Below, piece after piece: positions 58,919 to 64,000 of a DNA stretch of 64,000 bases (the stretch's first letter is position 1; each line of letters opens with the position of its first letter). Under the pieces are notes generated by a model. That model was not told the origin of the DNA and did not search any database. It worked only from the letters and a program-made list of their open reading frames with translations. The DNA lies in IMG/VR virus record IMGVR_UViG_3300020608_000013, positions 124,001 through 188,000 of that record, one strand, 5' to 3'. Both the position numbers and the translations under genes were made by a program.

Positions 58919-59353
58919 TTAAGTTAAATTGTATCCACTACCGCAAATTACGGCAATGTAAGCTTTTGTACACTCTCTTATCAATTCTTTCTTTATACGA
59001 GGGTTCTTAATCGTGTTAATTTTCGCTAATGATGATTTAATAACCATAAGTCTAACCTCCATATAATCGTCTTTTAACTCCCCCTCAGTGAGAGGGTTTT
59101 CTAATTTACTATAAAACGAACAATCCTCCATTAAACGATTGTAGATGTTTTGGTATAGGAGACCCCTCATTTGCCCCTCTAGTACCTCTTTTTCTTTACG
59201 TAATGTTGTTCTTAAAAGAGCATCGTCGACGCTATCCTCATCTACCACATTCCATCGTTTTTTCAACTTAGACAAGTTTACATCACTCAGCTCTAGCTCG
59301 CGCTCTAGAAGCAATTGGGTAGGCATATCACCTAAGAATTTTAAGTGGTTCAT
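58919..59353 (-). CDS. Hypothetical helical protein
   Basis: 144-aa ORF. Confidence 0.75.
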   Translation of the reverse strand: MNHLKFLGDMPTQLLLERELELSDVNLSKLKKRWNVVDEDSVDDALLRTTLRKEKEVLEGQMRGLLYQNIYNRLMEDCSFYSKLENPLTEGELKDDYMEVRLMVIKSSLAKINTIKNPRIKKELIRECTKAYIAVICGSGYNLT

Positions 59354-59358
59354 ATTAT

Positions 59359-59808
59359 CTATCCTATATCATATATTACGAAATGGGTGTCTGTCCCCAT
59401 GTATTTTTCAATCATCGACGGGTATACGTCAGACCTTTCCAGTTTACCTAAACCACAACCTAATGGTGGTAACGCGACTGAATGTAGATTCATGTCTACA
59501 CTACATTGATATATTACATCTATCGCGGCTTTCACATACTCTTTCGTAGACTCATCTTTCCAATGTTTTTTAGTCGGTACGTTTAGTATGTAGTATGGCG
59601 CATAAGCGCCGTTAATTGAGTGGATCAACGCGCTCCCTATACGAAGACGACCTTCGCTACAAGCCTCTTTATAAAGAGTGTAGTTTTCAGGGTAATGGTT
59701 CTTAAACGCCAGTGCGAGACCTGCGCCTGAAACACCGACAGTGTTAACAGGGTTGATAATCGCCATCTCTGTGGCGTTAAAGATATTCCCACGCTTAAAG
59801 GTTATCAT
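59359..59808 (-). CDS. Macrodomain ADP-ribosylglycohydrolase, DarG-like
   Basis: ITFKRGNIF, IINPVNTVGVSGAGLALAFK..YPENY..YKEAC, NVPTKKHW (DarG-type catalytic Lys context), SVALPPLGCGLG. Confidence 0.92.
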   Translation of the reverse strand: MITFKRGNIFNATEMAIINPVNTVGVSGAGLALAFKNHYPENYTLYKEACSEGRLRIGSALIHSINGAYAPYYILNVPTKKHWKDESTKEYVKAAIDVIYQCSVDMNLHSVALPPLGCGLGKLERSDVYPSMIEKYMGTDTHFVIYDIG

Positions 59809-60611
59809 ACACTCCCCAGACCCTTTAACTTTTTACGTAAGATGCGCTCTCTTACAAAACTATATGGTGCTGTATAGAAAAATTTAAGTTTAGGCACTAG
59901 TCTTTCCTCTTTTAAATGAGCAACTAGGCTCTCTACAAGCACTTTTAAAAGTTTAGGGTTCGTTGTTTGGTACATAATAAGAGACATTTGTACACTCCCT
60001 TTATCAAGTGTACTTATTACGTCTTTTATTTCGGTATAAAAATGTAAAGACCCCCACGTAATATTTTTCTCCTTACACACCATGTAAAGTCTCAATGCGA
60101 ACAGAACGTAAGTAGTACGTGACTTAACCCCAAACTTACCATCAATGACTAACCTTGCTAGACTAACCGTATTCTCTTCCGTCATTGAGTTATCATGGCT
60201 CAATTCTGGTAAAGGGTGTGCGGCGGTAACTATTCGCCATTTTAGTAGCCCGTCTAACCATAACTCTCTCACAAGCGTTAATGGGTGTGTATAAGGTAGA
60301 TATGTAAACCCTAACAATTCTCTTGCTGTAAAAAAAACATGTGCGCCTGCAATGATGTACTTGTGGTCCATTTCAACATAACGCTGTAACCGCTCTTTAA
60401 CAACCTTATCTTTAACGTGATCAATCTCTCGCACTATTATATCTCTTATACGGTCCTCATTTACAGGGACAGTCTCCTTCTCTGTCATATTACTTAACTT
60501 TAAGTAAAATATTGTTAATTCATTACGGGCGCTCGTCCCATGCTGGTAGAATAATGTAGTGGACACCCAGTCCACTAAGTCTACTAATATTTTCTTATCT
60601 AGCTTACTCAT
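59805..60611 (-). CDS. Hypothetical protein
   Basis: 268 aa, coupled to the macrodomain gene (GTATGA overlap). Confidence 0.8.
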   Translation of the reverse strand: MSKLDKKILVDLVDWVSTTLFYQHGTSARNELTIFYLKLSNMTEKETVPVNEDRIRDIIVREIDHVKDKVVKERLQRYVEMDHKYIIAGAHVFFTARELLGFTYLPYTHPLTLVRELWLDGLLKWRIVTAAHPLPELSHDNSMTEENTVSLARLVIDGKFGVKSRTTYVLFALRLYMVCKEKNITWGSLHFYTEIKDVISTLDKGSVQMSLIMYQTTNPKLLKVLVESLVAHLKEERLVPKLKFFYTAPYSFVRERILRKKLKGLGSV

Positions 60612-60676
60612 TTTAAAATACCTTTTAGTATGAGACCATGTTCATATATGAACATGGTCGTGATTAAGCGCTTGTT

Positions 60677-61084
60677 TTAGAATTTAACCCCGTTAAATTC
60701 TCCATATAAAGCGAAGAAAGTAATATGTACTAGCATCTCTTTGATGCGAGATTTATACGCCTTTAGGAAATAGCGAATATCACTTCTTCTATTACGGACT
60801 GCATAGGCCTGCATATAAATACGACCCAATTCAACCATCGTGATCTGATCTTTCTTACACAAGATCAAAATCCTCGTGCGCTCGCAAGGGAGCGAGTTTA
60901 ACTTCTCTAATAGTTCGACGGCATCGTACGCCTCCCCCGTCACACTACATTCGTAATCTAGTACGAAAGCATGATTAAAAAAACCTGACAGGGTTTTCCG
61001 CGCTTCCACTCCTTTATTCCCATTTAGGATGTTTTTGAATTGAAGGAAGGTGTCATATTTTAATTGTTCACGACGTGTTGTCAT
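60677..61084 (-). CDS. Hypothetical protein
   Basis: 135 aa, GAGG SD, first gene after promoter 61139. Confidence 0.75.
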   Translation of the reverse strand: MTTRREQLKYDTFLQFKNILNGNKGVEARKTLSGFFNHAFVLDYECSVTGEAYDAVELLEKLNSLPCERTRILILCKKDQITMVELGRIYMQAYAVRNRRSDIRYFLKAYKSRIKEMLVHITFFALYGEFNGVKF

Positions 61085-61138
61085 CTTAATAACCTCTTAT
61101 AAATTTAAAGTATGGTATTATCCCTTAATACCATACTT

Positions 61139-61146
61139 ATAATATA
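61139..61146 (-). promoter_or_regulatory. Putative early promoter core TATATTAT
   Basis: Immediately followed by the hairpin aagtatggtatta-aggga-taataccatactt. Confidence 0.7.
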
Positions 61147-61175
61147 TGTTTATAATTAGCTATATTAACCCTTTT

Positions 61176-61231
61176 AAAAAAAAATATGATGCATTAGTTA
61201 GTATAAAGGTGGAAAACCACCTTTATACTAA
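61176..61231 (-). terminator. Hairpin (15-bp stem 61198-61231), 13-nt gap, then T9
   Basis: ttagtataaaggtgg-aaaa-ccacctttatactaa. Confidence 0.75.
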
Positions 61232-61239
61232 TAGATATT

Positions 61240-61926
61240 TTACATAATATCTAGAACAGAGCCTTTAAAGAGTTCGGTGTTTAACACCTCACCTCCACTA
61301 ACGTGGAGGTAGCCCAACTTGTCTAACGGTAGGTCTTTTAAATCGACTTTAAACCCCATTCCTGTAACAGAAAGAAAGTCTAAATGTTTATACCCTTTCA
61401 ATAAACTGAAGTCTGGTTGACTATCGACAGTCAGCATTATATTCAGCGCATCGTCTCTTAACCTGAAGATATTGTTGACAACATTACTACTAACGACCTC
61501 GATAGGCGCAATAAGTCCACATGACACCCCTCTAAAAGCTTCATCTGGGATGATAGTAGAGCCTTTTATAATCTCTCCAATTTCACGACGCACACGTACC
61601 TCAATACCAGCATCAATGCAAGCTAGTAAAGGTGCTACGTGTTTCTTGGCAGTACTACCTTCATAGTACACCGTCTTTAAGCCTTTAATGGCTGACAAGT
61701 CTTGCGTCTTAATACTACAATTCTCAATAACAATACAATTTACGCTACCTGTGATTAGTACATCGTACACGAACCCGTCACCTGTGAATACAAGTGTATC
61801 AAGGTCTTGTTTAATAGCAATTGGGTTTCTAATGGTGGCATTATTAAAAAATAATACATTTACTTTTACAGAAGAAACCATATTCTGACCAACGACTATT
61901 TCTTCAAAATATTTCACATTTTCCAT
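61240..61926 (-). CDS. Degenerate LRR-like protein (two-module family)
   Basis: DLDTLVFTG, VNCIVIENCSIKTQDLSAIKGLKTVYY, CIDAGIEVRV, YKHLDFLSVTG, DLPLDKLGYLHVSG. Confidence 0.55.
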   Translation of the reverse strand: MENVKYFEEIVVGQNMVSSVKVNVLFFNNATIRNPIAIKQDLDTLVFTGDGFVYDVLITGSVNCIVIENCSIKTQDLSAIKGLKTVYYEGSTAKKHVAPLLACIDAGIEVRVRREIGEIIKGSTIIPDEAFRGVSCGLIAPIEVVSSNVVNNIFRLRDDALNIMLTVDSQPDFSLLKGYKHLDFLSVTGMGFKVDLKDLPLDKLGYLHVSGGEVLNTELFKGSVLDIM

Positions 61927-61951
61927 TTCTATTACCTTATATTAAAATTAA

Positions 61952-61981
61952 TAGAAAGGTGGATAACTGACCACCTTTCTA
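61952..61981 (-). terminator. 11-bp hairpin sharing the aaaggtgg/ccaccttt core with the 61198 hairpin
   Basis: tagaaaggtgg-ataactga-ccacctttcta. Confidence 0.45.
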
Positions 61982-62004
61982 TACTAAACAATTAGACTAT
62001 ACCA

Positions 62005-62529
62005 CTACTTACCTTTTTTAGCCTTGGTCTTTTTACCCACCGATTGTTTGTGCAATCGTGTTGGAATAAAAGCACCCACTGACTTAAAAGTGTACGTCAC
62101 TTTATTATGTGTTCTAGGGAGGTCGAGGTTTGACATAAGGCAATGTTGTATTACTGCTTTTCTAGCTTTAACTAACAATGGCTTCTTCGCTATTGAATGC
62201 ATGGCGGCTATGTTATCAACCTTGATCTCTCTATTAAAGACACCATAGTGTTTCAACTGGTAGTGTCTCCCCTCTACAAACTCCCACCCGAAAAAGGACG
62301 TAGTCTTGATATACTCGAAGAGTTGCTTACTCGTGGCGAATACGGGGACTGAACTCACTGATTTTGCACGTTTGTTCAATTTTTTCACAGACCCTTTCGA
62401 GGTCAAGTCTGTCAGTGGTGATGGTACATACGTGTCCGCTGGCTTCCATTCAAGCCCTACATCTGCCGAGGTATTTAAAGCAGTTACGATAGTTGCAGTG
62501 GCTAAGGTATATAGTATTACGTTTTTCAT
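62005..62529 (-). CDS. Putative exported protein (signal peptide), basic
   Basis: MKNVILYTLATATIVTALNTSA|DV: basic N-terminus, hydrophobic core, T-S-A cleavage site; Lys-rich C-terminus. Confidence 0.65.
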   Translation of the reverse strand: MKNVILYTLATATIVTALNTSADVGLEWKPADTYVPSPLTDLTSKGSVKKLNKRAKSVSSVPVFATSKQLFEYIKTTSFFGWEFVEGRHYQLKHYGVFNREIKVDNIAAMHSIAKKPLLVKARKAVIQHCLMSNLDLPRTHNKVTYTFKSVGAFIPTRLHKQSVGKKTKAKKGK

Positions 62530-62626
62530 AAAGTTCCCTTTTAAAAGTTTAGTTTAGTGTAATGGGTGTGTATTTCACCCATTACAAATAGACTCATCTT
62601 GCAGTAGATGGTCGTCATGATACGCA

Positions 62627-63343
62627 CTATCTTGATCGCATAGTACGCACTTTCGTCATCCCAATATGGTTGATGGCGTTTTCAATACCCGTGGGTAGGT
62701 TGACAAGAATAATCTCGTCGATTTCTAACGGCTCAATTACATCTAGGAGCGTGGTATGTGAGCCACGCCAATCCTTTATGATTAGACGTTTAAGGGTGGG
62801 GAAGTCTTCTAGGTTTAATTCTAATGAACTTCTTCGGCGTAGTTCTAGTGATAATATACATGCGCGGTCGTCACCTAAATTGTCTAATGGTGCGTTACCA
62901 CTCATGCGCTCGAAAAAACAACAGGGTTCTTCTTCATAAACAACCACACCTTTCACCTTTAGTCTTTTCAGTACTTCCTTATCGTTACATGATAAGGGTT
63001 CTTCAAGCCTGTAGTAAGAGACTGTCTTCAACGGCAATTCTTCTAGGGAATCGAAATTGTATAGAATACAACCTTCAAAATGGAGGTGTTGTACCTTAGT
63101 ACCCCATAACCGTCTCAACTCGACTTCCACGCCTTTAAACTCAAGGTGTGTTACACCTCTCAAATCTACGCCATTCAAGTCGTGGGGTAGGTCTAGAATA
63201 CGATGGGCAGGATGCGTACCCATGTCAACCGTAGTCCCATAATATGTATATCCTTCACCATAAGATGTTATTTGAGTCACGCTATCGCCTGTTGCGATAG
63301 GTGAGTTTTTTAAATTGCCGTTTATGTTAATCACATTTGCCAT
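62627..63343 (-). CDS. LRR-like protein (two-module family)
   Basis: LRGVTHLEFKG, TKVQHLHFEGCILYNFDSLEELPLKTVSY, LKVKGVVVY, FPTLKRLIIKD, LEIDEIILVN. Confidence 0.65.
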   Translation of the reverse strand: MANVININGNLKNSPIATGDSVTQITSYGEGYTYYGTTVDMGTHPAHRILDLPHDLNGVDLRGVTHLEFKGVEVELRRLWGTKVQHLHFEGCILYNFDSLEELPLKTVSYYRLEEPLSCNDKEVLKRLKVKGVVVYEEEPCCFFERMSGNAPLDNLGDDRACILSLELRRRSSLELNLEDFPTLKRLIIKDWRGSHTTLLDVIEPLEIDEIILVNLPTGIENAINHIGMTKVRTMRSR

Positions 63344-63346
63344 TTT

Positions 63347-64000
63347 TTAGTCCTCAATCACTTCTAAGACCACACCTTTACTAGCAAGACGTTTAATCTC
63401 TGTTGGTAATGGTACACTTTGACCTTTAAGTGTAAGATGTCTCAACGTTGTTAGGTTATGTAATAATTCAGGGTGTGGTATATTCCCTTGAATTGTTAAG
63501 TGAAATACCTTTGTCTTGGCGATTTCGTTAATCAAGAAAGGCCAGCCTCCTTCGTAATCGTTGATTACGACCTCTTCCAGGTTTTTATGACGTAGTAAAA
63601 TCGACCGAACGCCAATGCCAGGACCTTTCTTTATAATAAACTTCGTTACAAAGCGATCCTCATCATCGCCTAAACCTGTCTTGGGTGAGAAGAACTCTAC
63701 CCACACACCTCTCTCACGTAACGTTGGGATTACGTCATCAATGCGACCGTCAAAGACGACCGAATTAGAGACAATGCCAACAAACCCTAATTTCTTTAGA
63801 TCGCAAAGTTTGTCAATACTACGGATCGTTGCGTTCTCTAGCAGTAATTCAGCTACACTACTATCGTTACATAAGTGACGTAAGTCAAAAGTGTCGTTTC
63901 GCAAATGTAATGATCGTACATATCGGTCATTTACTTTTTTGAGCACGCTATCATTACCGATAGTGGTTGCTTTACTCAGTAGCTCAACTCTGTCAAGCTT
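63347..64000 (-). CDS. LRR-like protein (two-module family); 5' end lies beyond the right window edge
   Basis: The frame stays open upstream of the track's GTG 63946 to 64000 (KLDRVELLSKATTIGNDS). YVRSLHLRN, VAELLLENATIRSIDKLCDLKKL, LRERGVWVEF, NLEEVVIND, NLTTLRHLTLKG, LASKGVVLEV. Confidence 0.7.
   Translation of the reverse strand, partial: KLDRVELLSKATTIGNDSVLKKVNDRYVRSLHLRNDTFDLRHLCNDSSVAELLLENATIRSIDKLCDLKKLGFVGIVSNSVVFDGRIDDVIPTLRERGVWVEFFSPKTGLGDDEDRFVTKFIIKKGPGIGVRSILLRHKNLEEVVINDYEGGWPFLINEIAKTKVFHLTIQGNIPHPELLHNLTTLRHLTLKGQSVPLPTEIKRLASKGVVLEVIED

Noticed and set aside
1323-63878. Short opposite-strand or alternate-frame ORFs in the track (e.g. 1323, 3125, 8662, 10657, 12464, 16342, 20610, 31866, 56941, 59145, 62670, 63615)
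   Set aside because: All lie inside longer, better supported genes; Ser/Leu/Arg-rich shadow composition; no SD
1-64000. Genome-wide TAG reassignment (genetic code 15), suggested by the DUF488 amber
   Set aside because: Multi-kb ORFs (2566, 861, 687 aa) are open in the standard code and coding density is already high. Several TAG-ending genes look complete. Only one clear internal TAG was seen.
1-64000. CRISPR array, tRNA or rRNA genes
   Set aside because: No regularly spaced direct repeats and no cloverleaf with T-arm/CCA noticed. The many inverted repeats are single terminator-like hairpins. A tRNAscan run would be needed to exclude tRNAs formally.

Overview
AT-rich 64-kb segment of a phiKZ-like jumbo bacteriophage. 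Gene content and order fit the Chimalliviridae, but chimallin itself is not in this window, so nucleus formation cannot be confirmed. The left ~35 kb is a conserved core block: three split virion-RNAP subunits (phiKZ gp178/gp180/gp149-like), a 2566-aa gp181-like tape-measure/tail lysin carrying both a lytic transglycosylase and an M15 peptidase domain, a gp182-like protein, UvsX/RecA, virion and tail-fibre genes, and DHFR. The right ~29 kb is a one-strand (minus) accessory region of mostly unrecognisable genes. It holds several tandem paralog families, a SLOG-domain fusion, a DarG-like macrodomain, a decayed KilA-N gene and a cluster of leucine-rich-repeat (LRR) proteins. The most notable signals are: (i) at least six LRR-type proteins, two of them in a five-gene putative early cassette between the RNAP beta-prime and tail-lysin genes; (ii) a consistent regulatory grammar of eight TATATTAT putative early promoters, several followed directly by a 5' hairpin, and twelve hairpins each followed by a TA-T(6-10) motif, ten of them with a 7-16 nt spacer; (iii) a putative ADP-ribose counter-defence neighbourhood (SLOG + macrodomain); (iv) three unannotated hyperacidic micro-ORFs; (v) a DUF488 gene split by a single in-frame TAG. 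No tRNA, rRNA or CRISPR array was seen. All family assignments come from motif recognition by eye, not database searches.
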